From Bugula neritina (Eukaryota; Animalia; Bryozoa), in the NCBI GenBank assembly GCA_964035545.1, contig OZ037768.1, positions 124,001 to 188,000 on the forward strand: a DNA stretch of 64,000 nucleotides, in the 5' to 3' direction. Of the stretch, positions 11,193-30,500 are shown piece after piece (within the stretch, counting starts at the first letter, position 1; every line of letters starts with the position of its first letter). Made by a program: the position numbers and the translations under genes. Below the pieces are notes generated by a model. That model was not told the origin of the DNA and searched no databases. It was given only the letters and a program-made list of their open reading frames with translations.

Positions 11193-14100
11193 TTAAGCGA
11201 ACATCTGAGACGCAGTTTGACTCTCCATTTGGATTTTTGACCACGTCTTGCGGTGAGTGTTAAGAGCCATCTGAAATACATTGGGGTCAAGGTCAAGTTG
11301 ATTTCTAACACAAGTTCATCAACACCAAACGCTGACACTGTGACACCAGCTGCTGCCTTAGTAATGATAGAAACTTACCTCAGCAATGTCAACTTTCCTC
11401 TCCCAACTTTTCACCTTCTTATTCAACTCGTAGAGGTCAGCTTTTTCCGTGACGTACTCCATCACCTCAGGGACCTGTGGCAAGTATGACATGGTATGAC
11501 AGAGTATGGCAGAGTGTGACAGAGTATGACATAGTATGACACAGAATGACAACTCACCCTGTAATCACTGAGCTGTTGTCGGTACTTCTTGTTGATATTT
11601 TCCGCTTTTACTCTTTCTTCTTCAACCATTTTAGTTTCAGCATCAATGCGAGTGAGCAACTCAGCCCTGGAGCTGGTTTCCTGCTTCAGTCGGTCTGACT
11701 CTAATGTCAGCGTATGAAGTTTTTTCTGCAAAACATAATTCCCTAACTCTCACTTCACTGCTCACTAACGTATTACTACGTTGCTTATGTATTACTACAC
11801 CCTAATCTTCGTACTCATGTATTACCACGTATGTTGAACTGTTTACTCAAGTTTCTCTACACCACCCTACCTTATAGGAATTCAGAACTTGCAAAGTATT
11901 GGTAGCCATTAGCTTAAGTCTCAGTAAATCCTGGTTTCTCTCCTCAATCTTCTCCAAATACTGACTGTTTTCAATCTTCAACTGTTGAAAATCCACTTCA
12001 TTCAAAACTTCTCCCATCTCCTCCTTCTGCTTCAGCTGCATGTGAAGCTTCTTCTTCTGAACTTTTAGAGTGGAGTTTTTCAACTTCAACTTTTCAATCA
12101 AAGTTTCCTAAAATAAATAAACAAAGTTTTCTTCTGTGTATTACTAAAATGGTTCGCTGTTATGGGGACGGAGCAATATTCCGAAGGCCCATTAGTCCGA
12201 AGGCCCATTAGTCCGAAGGTCTATTAGTCCGAAGGTCCATTAGTCCGAAAATTAGTAGACACATGATAGTAAAGAGCATCCTCACTGAGAATATCATTGA
12301 TTTCACTCACAATCTAGTTTAAGTTTTTGCTCTGTTAATGCTGTATGTGGGTGGCATGCGTGTTGCCTACTTGCGATTGTTTAGCCTGAGATTACACTAT
12401 GACCAGAAAACAGCTGCCTCAATTAGGGCTGCATCATCTATCAACATTCCATTATGGCTGCTTTATAAACAAAGTACACAGCAAGCTATTCACTAGCCTG
12501 TCAGCTAGCAAGCCTGTAATTAGTATGTACACATCAGTATCTTCTCATCTCTAAGTGTTCACTGAAGCATGAAGTGCTGCGCAATGATGATAACTTATGA
12601 AAAAAAAATCATATTTGCAGTGTATAAATCACTTATATTTTATAGAAAATCTATGAAAGCTATTGAAAATTTCAAAAAAGTTGCTTTGAGGAACAGAAAG
12701 ATCTACAACATGGTTTTTAAGGCAGCTGTTTTCTGGTCATAGTGTAATCTCAGGCTAAACAATCGCAAGTAGGCAACACGCATGCCACCCACATACAGCA
12801 TTAACAGAGCAAGAACTTAAACTAGATTGTGAGTGAAATCAATGATATTCTCAGTGAGGATGCTCTTTACTATCATGTGTCTACTAATTTTCGGACTAAT
12901 GAACCTTCGGACTAATGGACCTTCGGACTAATGGACCTTCGGACTAATGGGCCTTCGGAATATTGACTAGTCACCCGCTGTTATACCTAGTTCCGTCACG
13001 TACTCATGTAGAACCTAGGTGTTAGGTGAACCTTGAAACAATGTCCAGATGGAAGACCTGAAACCTGTTAAATAAACCCATTAATAACGCAGTTTTGTTG
13101 AAAGAACTTTTGAGCGTCGCTTCCTTTTGAGTGTCGCTACGTAGAAGCTGTGAACTCTGCTAGCTGTTTACCAGGTAAACTGAGTTTGATGTAAATTTAA
13201 GAATAAGTTAAATACTTAAATATGTTCAAATTAAAATAGAACAAAACAACAATGAAAGTAGAAAATAAATATAATAACTAATTAAATTGCATTTCATACT
13301 CACTCCGACAGTAAATCAATCTAAATACAAACATCCATTTGATTAAAACAAAATATATATTTTATAGCATTGCCTTATTAAGTAAGTAATAAGGAGCATG
13401 AGTCAAACTCACAACTACAGTGAGTAGATAATCACTGTGAGTCATATCATCTACAGTACTACACTGAGTAGTCATAACTACAGTGAGTAGATAATCACTT
13501 AATAACTTAATAAGAAAAGGAATGAATAATTACCCGAGCCCGTAGTTTGTCTTCAAAATATCTGCAGACTTTCTCTGCTACGACTTTGTTAGTCTGGGAG
13601 TTAACTGCCCCCTTCCCGATGTCTCGGTCAAACTCATAGTGCGACTTTCTAATCTCCCCTAGCCTTAGCTCCGCCTCCTCCATCTCGGCCTGCCCACAGA
13701 TCAATATATGTAGCCTCAGTATATAATATCAGTATATAATATCAGTATATAGTATCTGTATATAGTATCAGTATATAGTATCTGTATATAGTATATGTAT
13801 ATAGTAACTGTATATAGTATCAGTATATAGTATCAGTATATAGTATCAGTATATAGTATATGTATATGGTATCAGTATATAGTATCAGTATATAGTATAT
13901 AGTCTCATCTATTCTATCCATCCTAAGAAATTACTCAGCTCTCATGGTGGTACATCATATGCTTAGACTCTAGCAAATTGTGAAATACTAAATTACATTT
14001 TCAGTTTAACTGGAACTGTCTGGGATATTGCTCAAAACTGCCATCTTTCTGCACACTTTCAGAGTTGTCTTACCTTGTAATTGTCGACTACTTTTTCTGA

Positions 14101-15366
14101 CTCATCCTCATGGCGTGTCTTGTCATCTTTTATCTCTTCAATTTCTCGCTGAGCGATGTCACATTTTTGCTCAGCGCGCAGACTCTGCATTTTGTCCGCC
14201 CTGTCTGTCCTTGACCTTGACCTACGTCTGCACCATTAGAAATTAAAACTAAACTCTTGAAACAACATAATACAGCGTATCAGAGTTTATTGCTTTGAAC
14301 TGACTGCAGAGACTTGTGACTCAGTTAATTCTTTGAATTCTTTCTATTAATAATTTAACTTATGCAATTCTAGCATTATGATTTTTCTTTTACAAATAAT
14401 CGTTTTGAAAATTTTTTTGACAAAAACAGAAATAGTTTATACCTGTTGCCTCTAGCAACCGGGGCATCCTGTATAGCAGTAGAGTTGTTTTGCTGGCTTT
14501 GGTTTGGCTGCTGTATAAGTGCAAGCTCACCAGCATCAATTCGACTCATGTACTTTTCAAACATTGACGTCTCAGTCTTGAGTATGGCATTAGATCGTCT
14601 GCAATATAGCATAAATTGATAAACTAATGGGTTTTTAATTAAATGTTTCATTCAAAGTAACATTAAAATAATAATTATATAAAAAAATATTTAGTAACTT
14701 CACAAATGAAATAATACTCGTACTATCGTAGTAAGATCAATGATCAACTTGTAACTCCAAGTATATGTGCTATGTTGAAAACCATCAGCAATGATGATTA
14801 ATTCAAATAACTTTCCAACAAAGATTTACATCCTAACAAAAGAAAATGGTCAAAATGACATTTACAGAAAAAAAAGATCAAAATAAACATTAAACTTTTT
14901 ATAAACTAATAATCATGAATATTGGAGTGTTTGGCTTAATAAACACACAGTCATAGATTCGAGCTCCAGTAAAGGCCATTGGTGATGTTGGAAAAGTGTT
15001 GTCAAAATTGCGCCTCATCCTTAATTCTGTGCCCCAGGCCCATCTGAATATCAATAAGTCTTTAGCCTGCGCTTTAACAAACCCTTTCCATCAGGGATTC
15101 TCAAGGGATAGTGACTATAAACTTGCGTGAACTTTTTATATAAAATACTAATATTATTTTAGTTTCACTACTAGTATTAGTATTTATTATTATATACAAT
15201 TTCAATTTGAATAACATTTACATTAACATAGCGTTGATTCACAAGGAATTTGTGCTTACAATGTTGTCTCTACTAAATCTTCTAATTTATCATATGGTAA
15301 ATCTTGCAGCGGATCATCTTGAAGCTCATTGCTAGTATCAATACTCATTGTTTCAGATTCAGCCAT
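11193..15366 (-). CDS. CCDC113: Coiled-coil domain-containing protein 113 (CFAP263), ciliary/centriolar satellite protein
   Basis: Minus-strand exons 15366-15260, 14598-14443, 14227-14074, 13689-13534, 12107-11871, 11725-11558, 11474-11379, 11270-11193(TAA), all GT-AG and in frame. Motifs 'EQKCDIAQRE', 'LIEKLKLKNSTLKVQKKKLHMQLKQKEEMGEVLNEVDFQQLKIEN' and 'YRVPEVMEYV..WERKVDIAEMAL' are typical of CCDC113. Poly(A) signal at ~10766. Confidence 0.92.
12164..12975. mobile_element. Non-autonomous foldback / Mutator-like (MULE) DNA element in CCDC113 intron 4
   Basis: Near-perfect ~255-bp terminal inverted repeats (12164-12419 vs 12720-12975) start with GG and contain four 16-bp subrepeats (attagtccgaaggYcc). 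Perfect 9-bp TSD cgctgttat at 12155-12163 and 12976-12984. No ORF. Confidence 0.88.
13716..13900. repeat. 13-bp intronic repeat
   Basis: cagtatatagtat variants. Confidence 0.85.
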
Positions 15367-15454
15367 GGTTGAGAAATTGTGTGAGTTAGAAAAGCCACTA
15401 ACAATAGAAATATTCCAATACTGACGTGAGTGACTTTTGAGTAACACTCGTACT

Positions 15455-15468
15455 GTTGTTATGGTTAC
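15455..15468. promoter_or_regulatory. RFX X-box in the CCDC113/CK2alpha divergent promoter
   Basis: GTTGTTATGGTTAC (rc GTAACCATAACAAC) matches RTHNYYWTRRNRAC, ~90 bp upstream of the ATG of a ciliary gene. A CRE-like TGACGTGA lies at 15422. Confidence 0.7.
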
Positions 15469-16774
15469 CGGAATTGAATTTTACTCTCCTACCAAAAGTA
15501 AAGAGCTTTAGTTTTATCTTTTTTTGGTGTGGCAATAAATAAAATATTTATTTGCCTAAAATGTTTTGATTTTTTAATACTTTGTTTTAGAGTTGCCAAT
15601 GAAGAGAGTGGTCCGCGTGCTGACCTCGTTTTCGCGTCACCACCGGTGGTCGGCCATTTGCAAGCAACGACCCAAAACTATTTCCTTCCTCACAATAGTG
15701 TGGTATCTAACCTTGTATATGCTACGCATAAATACTGGATAAAGTTAATCGTTCATTGTTTTTTATTTGGGTAGGCTATGATCTGTTAGTTATGATTGTA
15801 AAGTTTACTACAGCAATTTTTTCAACCAATCAGTGACAATATATCTATTTAATTATAATATGAATATCATTTTCAATATGAATATCAATAGACAAATTGA
15901 AATTGGGAACCTTAACGGTAATGAATCTCTTCTCAGTCTGACCCTCATTCCGACTCTTTGTCTTGCAAGACTCACGGCTACCCGATAGGCGCTTTAGCGA
16001 GAAACAGTATATTTGTGCTACAGTTTCAATTTAAACCTAACAAGTAACAACTGTTCCGTTCTCAAGATGAATAAAATGAAATGCTAGTTTAAGTTTTAGT
16101 TAAAGTTTAATTTGAAGTAAATTGAATATGTAAAACTTTTAAATTACATTTTGATTTACTTTTACATTTAATTTTGCAATTACATTTAGTTGTAATGTGA
16201 TATCAGTGATATCAGTTTGAGTTTCTAATTGATTTAGTGATTTACGAATATAACTATAAGGATCTTCACTTCTAGTTCTTAAAAAACTAAAAGTGAAAAT
16301 GTTCAATTTGAAATTGAAGTTTCAGCATTGTCTTTGTGACTCATTGTGATTGATTCAATTATTGCTGTTCACTGTGTTTGTGATATTCATCAATATTTTG
16401 CAATACAGACAATTAATGTTATCATTAGGATCTTTCAAACTTTCATATTACGGATTAATGGTAGTTGTACCAAATTTAATAGGTCAAAGCGAGAATGAAC
16501 ATTAGCTAAATATAATTTAACTAAATATCATTAGCTTACTTTTATTTTTGCCTACACTTTTATTTTTTCATAAATTACTGCTACACTTATTCTTACGATT
16601 ATTAGTATTTCCTTAATTTTTACTGTAATTAATGGTGTGTTACTGACATTAACTAAGAGTCGAACGATTGTGTAACTGCCAGGTGTAGGTTAGCTACCAG
16701 TCTCATTTTGATTTTCACTTTGACTTTCCCTCATATCATGGCGTAATTATATAATTATAATATAATTGCCATTA

Positions 16775-18843
16775 GGGGAAGGTGGGGTAAGTTGGGTCAA
16801 GGGGCAAGTTGGGTCAGGCCATTTTCTCAAAAACTGTAATGCTATGAAACTAAATAGTTAGGTAAAGAAGTAAAGGCCAAACTAAAATAACTTCCTGCTA
16901 CTACAACACTATCAAAAAAGAGGTGAGTGAAATATTAGCTAATATCAATATTTTTGCTTCATTTGACATTCTGTTCACCAAAACAGTAAACCAAAACTTT
17001 GTCATTAAGCATGAGGATAGAGTGCTGATGTGTTGTGTCATGAATGCTTAAGTAGTTAGCTTATATTTGGTGGATTATAAAACTTTCTAAATTAATTTTT
17101 TCATGCAAAAATTACATGCTTTACAAAATTGCTGCCAATGGGGCAAGTTGGGTCAAAATTTTGGGGCTAGTAGGGTCAGTGGCCCAACTTGCCCCAAGTC
17201 ACTAAACATAGTGTTAATGTAAATTTATTGTTGCAGATCGTGATACTGGATAATCACTGCTCACATATATCCTTAGAGTCTGTAACTCTTGCTAAAGAAT
17301 CAGGAGTTGTTCTACTCACCTTGCCACCACATACTTCACACCGATTACAGTCTCTGGATAAAGCTGTTTTCGATTCAATGAAAACATACTTCAACAAGGC
17401 AATGGATAACTTGATGATAACCTATCCGAACAGGAGCATAAAAGTACAAGACATTGGCGCCCTAACAGAGCGAGCATTTGGGCAAAACATGACTGTATAA
17501 CATCAGGCTTTCGCTCATCTGGCATATTCCCATCAAAAGCAGGCATATTTACCGACGCCGACTATGTTCCAACCGATGCTATGGACAAACATCAAAGAGT
17601 GATCAATGAGCAAGATGATCTAATTCGAATTAGCCAAGTTCATCTCACCCAACTTTATTCCAGATTCCAATCTACAATCCAAGCACGCCTAGTACTTCTG
17701 GTTAATTGGTAGGGGCTACCTCTCAGGATACTTCTATTTCACTGGTGGTGGCTACCTCCAAGCAGCCTATTACCCCTCAAGATATTCTCCCCTTACCCAA
17801 AGCTGCTCTACACAAAGATGGAGCTCCCAAAAGAAAGCGGGTAAAGACCGCTATACTGATAGACACGCCAGAGAAAGAAAGAATCAAACACGAATGAGCA
17901 GACAAGTTGAATAAAGGAAAGGAACGACCTAAGCGTAGGCCTATACAGAAAGAGCCAGAATCCTGCAGTGAAGAAGATGAGCAGAACCATATAGTTTTGC
18001 TAGAGACAGACAGCGATTCACCATCTGAAGCGGAAGCAGAAGAACAGGATGTGGCAGATGTAGAAGAAGGGGCGTTTGTGGTGGCAAAATACAAAGGAAA
18101 TCGTTCAACCATAGGTTTTTTTGGAATGGTGGTTGGCTAGGATGAAATAGATTGGAGATTGAACTTTTACAAAAAGACTCCACAGGGCACATTCTCTAAG
18201 CCATCATAGCCAAACATATATGCAGTAGAGGCTGAGCAAATTGTTAGAGTGCTGGGGGCACCTGTCTCAACTGGAACAACTGTTCGAACTATAGGCTGTG
18301 TTAGTTTTGGCAACAAACTAGATGGCATGGGCTTTGAGTCCAGTTAGTTTTCTTGATGCCTTTATTAAATAAAAATAATAGCCCCAAGCAGATTCGGTTT
18401 ACTTCTTCGTCCATTCCTAGAGTTTAAACTCAAATAATCTCACTAACTTTAATGATGACTGGGGGCCCATGTTACAAACTTTGTATGTTTTTCTCAAACT
18501 AATATGCTGTTAATCATTACTTAGACCTAATGAACATTAATAAACTGAATTTATTTCAGTGATATTTTAGATGCCATAGTAATGAAACAGTGACCCAACT
18601 TGCCCCCATTTGTTTTTGGTGGTGACCCAACTTACCCCTCATGCGAGGTAAGTTGGGTCAGAAAAAAGGTTTTACGGTATTATCTGTAGCTGACTAAATG
18701 TTGGTGTTGCCTCAAAATAAAATTGGGTTATTGCAGATAACATGTTAATCTATCTTTATGACAAACAGTTTGATATTTACATGCTTAGATTGGCCACCAC
18801 ATTAAAAAAACCAAATTTTGACCCAACTTGCCCCGCCTTCCCC
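16775..18843 (+). mobile_element. Internally deleted pogo/Fot1-like (Tc1/mariner-IS630, DD35D) DNA transposon
   Basis: TIRs GGGGAAGGTGGGGTAAGTTGGGTCAA ... TTGACCCAACTTGCCCCGCCTTCCCC are flanked by TA TSDs (16773-16774, 18844-18845). The subterminal motif GGGCAAGTTGGGTCA is repeated near both ends. Contains a DDE remnant. Confidence 0.9.
17237..18347 (+). pseudogene. Degenerate transposase (C-terminal part of DDE_1 domain plus tail)
   Basis: 'ILDNHCSH...LPPHTSHRLQSLDKAVF' has 35 residues between the 2nd and 3rd Asp. It is followed by 'ILPLPKA..RKRVKTAILIDTPEK' and an acidic tail. Stops and frameshifts are present; the HTH and first catalytic Asp are absent. Confidence 0.85.
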
Positions 18844-19905
18844 TACACTTCTAACTATTAGCAGTGTAATAGTTAGAACTTTAATGGCAATTGTCGGTCA
18901 ATAAAATTCTCTGTTGGTCATATTCTGATTTCGTAACAATAGCAATTTCTATTCACACCATGAGTAATGTTAATAGTAAATATTGTTGATGAACTCGCAA
19001 GTGTTACTGCAATTGCCAATTACCTGGTAATGTATATCTAAATTCTAACCCATGCTGCTGCTTTCCGAACCACCATGTAGTACGAACCAATTTTTACTTT
19101 TTAATTATTCTTAAATTAAACAGGCCAAAGAGTGTACTTCTACATATCTATGTTTTGTTTAGTTTTCATATTTCTTCCAATTTTAATTGGTTTTACATGT
19201 TTAGATTAACTTCTACTCAACACAACTCCATTGCCTAAAACAGACTAATTTTGTGGTTGTATTTAGCTTTGAAAGCACTTGTTATTCCTCGATCACTGAC
19301 CTTGAAGTGTTTCTATACATTGTCAACATGCATGTTGTCTGCCTGTATACATAGTAATAGTCACAGTTGTGATACATTTATTCTGGTGCAGCTCAACTGT
19401 GACCATTAATTTAGACTGCCCGTAAAGTTGCCATCTAATGAGTATAATTACCAGTTGTTATTAATCACCAATGTGAATGCTAATGTAATTCCACAATCAT
19501 TATATACACCTTGTTGCTGCTCTAATATTTCTTGTGTTTTTGTCTGTCGTCAAACTGTCCAATAAAGTGAAGTTAATTTTTTATCTAAAATTTTTTTCTA
19601 ACCTCTAAAGTTGATATTCAGTTGGTGGTTTTAAAGCTCGGTTTCTAAAATGTTTGACCAGATGCTACATTTGGAAATGTACAAACCTATGTATACATTT
19701 ATGCCATTTGTTAGTAATTTTGCAATGCTTCTGTTTAGAAAGAGAACTAGTTGATGACTAAAGCGTGTGTTTACGGCGACTCCTTCGCTTTTCTCCCTTC
19801 ACCAAAAGGTGGCGCTGTAGATCACAAGGTGCCTCTGCAAACCAGGCGTTGATATTCTCTCTTCTCCCGTTATCCTCGTGGCTACAAGACAGACTCGGCA
19901 CAGGC

Positions 19906-25729
<5,824 letters not shown>

Positions 25730-27384
25730 TGCCGCCCCTCCACGCACATCCGTCTACCAGCTGCTCTCAGTCTACCAGCTGCTCTCAGTCTACCAGCCGC
25801 TCTCAGTCCCTACACTCAGTCACCCGACTATTTATTGCAGTTGACTCAGATAGCTCTGCTATGTGCAACATCAACTAACTCTCAATTATTGCCGCTGTTG
25901 GCAGAGTAGTTGTTGTCACCTTCCCCGTCTGGAAATGCCGTGTCTGAAACTGCATAAACACGGGAGTGGGTAGCTTGCCCGGCCTGCTGTAGATACATGC
26001 TTATACTGTTCAGCTCATACAGTCTATAATTACAAGCCTTTAGTAATGTGCCCGAATATAGACACTCAAACCATCCACAATGCACCAGTACGAAGTGACT
26101 GTCAAGTATAGGCTATTCTACAGAATTTTTAGGGCTTGTCGAAATATTCCATTGAAAAATATCAAATGTATACTTTGGTTTGTTTGGTTAGCATATTGTA
26201 CATAAGTTGCTTACAATCAGAAAAATACATTAGATAATACACTTCTTAACCAAAGATTTCAAATTTACATTTTAATGTTAGTAATAAAATTAGAAATAAC
26301 ATTGCACCAATGTTTGATGTCGCAGGCATGGCTTCTCCTTTTGAAATGAATGGGTACGCTGTTGTTAATATTTAGTGGTTGGAGTTGAGTGACCCTAATA
26401 ACGTGGGTAGATAACCTCTGCTGAAAAAGTCTCCTATATTAGTATCGCTGCAAACTTTGTGCAATGCTGGATAATAAATGTCATTTTGCTGTATAGGTTT
26501 TGGTGACTTTGCATTATGGAGAAAATAACAGGCCCCCTACACCCTGTAGAGTGGACCTTGCCCACTATGATATAAGTGTAACTCTGTATAGCTGCAATAC
26601 CCCAATTATACCCTGTGCATTGTCAATTGTCATAGGAATCTACTTCTCCGTGAGGTCTTGGGACTTAACCCAATTAAGATCAACAGCTTTGCGTAACGAG
26701 GGTACGCATGCTCTCTGATATGAATGGTGTGCAGATAAAATGCTTTAGACACCTAACTTGTTGCAACTTAGAGAGGATGCTTCCAGTAAGAGGTGGAAAT
26801 CGCTGTTTCATAGGCAGCGATGAGCAATTTTATTAAAATTAAGTTTTTCTTAATTTCTGCAGTGAATTGAAATACGAGTCTCGTAGTACTAATAACTTAT
26901 TTTTATGGCTTTACAATCAAATTCAATGGTGCAAAGTATTAACTTGAGTTTTCAACAACTAATTTGAATTATTCGGTATGTTGTGTAGCCTTATCCAGTA
27001 GAAAGCTTACATGCTAATGCTTTTACCGTGTTTAGTTTATCATCAACGATAATTTTAACAATTACGTTTGAACAGCTGTAGTTCAAATGCGGGTATTTTA
27101 ACCTTCAAAATAGTTCATCTGATCCTACGCGGGTCTTCGACAGCCAAAGGGTCAAAGTTCATAAATTACGCTGTTCAACAGAAGGTATGGACTTTATCAA
27201 GTGGAATCGCCATGAGACGCTTTACTATAAATGAATCCTCCGAATGATAAACAAAAATATTGTTTGGTAGAGTTATAGAAAGCAATAGTTTTGCTTTAAA
27301 CAGTTATTTTATCAATTTCTAAGCAAAATTTCAATTTTGTATATAAATAATGTTTACATTTAGTAGGAAAAAAGCTTTTGTTTA

Positions 27385-27397
27385 GGCTCTTAGCAAC
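27385..27397. promoter_or_regulatory. RFX X-box-like site upstream of CFAP20
   Basis: GGCTCTTAGCAAC has one strong half-site (TAGCAAC), ~180 bp upstream of the CFAP20 ATG. Confidence 0.45.
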
Positions 27398-27572
27398 ACA
27401 AGACAAATGCGCCATAGCGACTTCATAGACGAGATATTTTTTAATAAAATTTCACATACCTCAACTTGGGCTAATGCGGCTAGTGATACGCGGTGATCAT
27501 TTTTGAATAATAGTACTACATTATTCAACTGCAAAATTTATTCAACGCTTAGTGCCATCAAATAAATTAGTG

Positions 27573-30500
27573 ATGTTCAAGAACACATTTCAAAGTGGTT
27601 TTTTGTCTATTCTCTACAGTATAGGAAGCAAACCTCTTCAGATTTGGGATAAAAAGGTCGGTGCTCATAACCATTCATGGTTTCATACTGATACTGATAG
27701 TAAAACTCATAGTTCATAGTCTAGTGGCTATTTTACTGATATTCATAGTCATTACGTCTAAGTTTGACTCTAAGTCTAACTAGTAAGTGTAACTATATCA
27801 CCATGACCGAGTATCAGTATGACTTTCACTATCAGTATCACTGTAAGTGTAAACTATAACTTAAACTTAAACTATAGCTATTAACTATAACTATAAGTAC
27901 TACGTCTACTTCAAGTTTATAATTATTAGTATTACTTTGCTCTAACTATAAGTATAAGTATTTTCAATGTCATCACTATTAGTATTACTATTAGTATTAA
28001 ATTTAATATAATTATATCTCAATCTGCAATTCAATTTGAATTACTAATTTTATAACATTATGATTATGATTAAGTTTAACTGCATTACTATTAGTATTAG
28101 TATTACCATTAGTATTATGATCTATATTGGACTTACTCAGTGATTTAGTTTTACAATTAGTGAATTACTTTTAGTTTTAGTTTACTACTGCTGTGTCTAA
28201 CTATAGTCTATAAGTATAAGTTAAACTTAAAGTTTAGGTATTAATAACACTAATACTAATAGTTATTTTATCAGTTTTATTTTTGATTTTGTCTTAAGAT
28301 TTTGATTAGCTTTAGGTTTCAGTTTGATGTACTTCATACTTTGAGCCCCTAGATAGTATTGGGTAGTAATTACCTAGATAGTATTGGGTAGTAATTACCT
28401 AGATAGTATTGAGTAGTAATTCCCTAGATAGTATTGGGTAGTAATTCCCTAGATAGTATTGGGTAGTAATTACCTAGATAGTATTGGGTAGTAATTACCT
28501 AGATAGTATTGGGTAGTAATTACCTAGATAGTATTGGGTAGTAATTACCTAGATAGTATTGGGTAGTAATTTCCTAGATAGTATTGGGTAGTAATTCCCT
28601 AGATAGTATTGGGTAGTAATTACCTAGGTAGTATTGAGTAGTAATTCCCTAGATAGTATTGGGTAGTAATTCCCTAGATAGTATTGGGTAGTAATTACCT
28701 AGATAGTATTGGGTAGTAATTACCTAGGTAGTATTGAGTAGTAATTACCTAGATAGTATTGGGTAGTAATTCCCTAGATAGTATTGGGTAGTAATTCCCT
28801 AGATAGTATTGGGTAGTAATTACCTAGATAGTATTGGGTAGTAATTCCCTAGGTAGTATTGGGTAGTAATTACCTAGATAGTATTGGGTAGTAATTACCT
28901 AGATAGTATTGAGTAGTAATTCCCTAGATAGTATTGGGTAGTAATTTCCTAGATAGTATTGGGTAGTAATTTCCTAGATAGTATTGGGTAGTAATTCCCT
29001 AGATAGTATTGGGTAGTAATTACCTAGGTAGTATTGAGTAGTAATTACCTAGATAGTATTGGGTAGTAATTCCCTAGGTAGTATTGGGTAGTAATTACCT
29101 AGATAGTATTGGGTAGTAATTACCTAGATAGTATTGGGTAGTAATTCCCTAGATAGTATTGGGTAGTAATTACCTAGGTAGTATTGAGTAGTAATTACCT
29201 AGATAGTATTGGGTAGTAATTCCCTAGGTAGTATTGGGTAGTAATTACCTAGATAGTATTGGGTAGTAATTCCCTAGGTAGTATTGGGTAGTAATTACCT
29301 AGATAGTATTAGGTAGTAATTACCTAGGTAGTATTGGGTAGTAATTACCTAGATAGTATTGGGTAGTAATTTCCTAGATAGTATTGGGTAGTAATTTCCT
29401 AGATAGTATTGGGTAGTAATTCCCTAGATAGTATTGGGTAGTAATTTCCTAGATAGTATTGGGTAGTAATTCCATAGATAGTATTGGGTAGTAATTCCCT
29501 AGATAGTATTGGGTAGTAATTACCTAGATAGTATTGGGTAGTAATTACCTAGATAGTATTGGGTAGTAATTACCTAGATAGTATTGGGTAGTAATTACCT
29601 AGATAGTATTGGGTAGTAATTACCTAGGTAGTATTGGGTAGTAATTCCCTAGATAGTATTGGGTAGTAATTTCCTAGATAGTATTGGGTAGTAATTACCT
29701 AGATATTATTGGGTAGTAATTTCCTAGATAGTATTGGGTAGCAATTACCTAGATAGTATTGGGTAGTAATTTCCTAGATAGTATTGGGTAGTAATTAGAG
29801 CTAGGTCTAATCAATTTCACTCAGTGACCTTGACTTCGGTAGTTGCTGACTTGAAAATATAAAACTCCTCGACTTGGCTCGACTTGTTGAATCATTAACT
29901 GAACTAATGAAGGCTTGACTTGATTTAACTCTAATATTCTGACTGGTTTTCTGCAAGTCTTGGAAATATTGTCAAGTTCAGTTACCAAGTTGCCTAGTTT
30001 AGTAAAACAAGCATTTAAATAAATTAGAAAAGTCATAATAATTTAATAGTACTTTAATGAAAACTCTAGCTGTCTGTTATGTCAGTGTTGTTAGGTATTC
30101 AATATCTTTTTTAGTTTGATGAAAGTATATTTAGCTTTATTAGTCATTATCTGTAGCTAAATATTAGTTTTTAAATAACTAAACTTATTGCTTTACTAAT
30201 TCTGCTGTGGCATATAGTTAGTAGGTTACCCACCCATGTGTAATAGTTGTTTGCAGTATTTTATACATATATACTAGTTTGCTAATGTACTTACAGTTTA
30301 GGTTGATTAATTTGATTTAAATTAGATTTAAATTAAATTTAAATTTTGTTTGTTTCAAACATAACTTGACATAGCTAGCCCTCGACTTGACTTGGTTAGG
30401 CTGAACTATCATGCTGTTATGATGCTACTGGATGTCGTATTCAGGTTAGAAATGGACACATAAAGAGAATCACAGACAACGACATCCAGTCTTTGGTGCT

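Noticed and set aside
15598-15741. 47-aa ORF MKRVVRVLTSFSRHHRW... as an alternative CK2alpha coding exon
   Set aside because: Splicing to the 19738 acceptor meets stops before the CK2alpha ATG in the CK2 frame (TAA 19759), and the ATG may lie upstream of the TSS.
15905-16730. Possible DNA element bounded by GGGAA...TTCCC
   Set aside because: Inverted match is too short and no TSD is evident.
28328-29796. TTGGG/TAG-containing array (and 6597-7128) as telomeric repeat
   Set aside because: No TTAGGG or TTAGG runs; these are ordinary 25- and 22-bp minisatellites.
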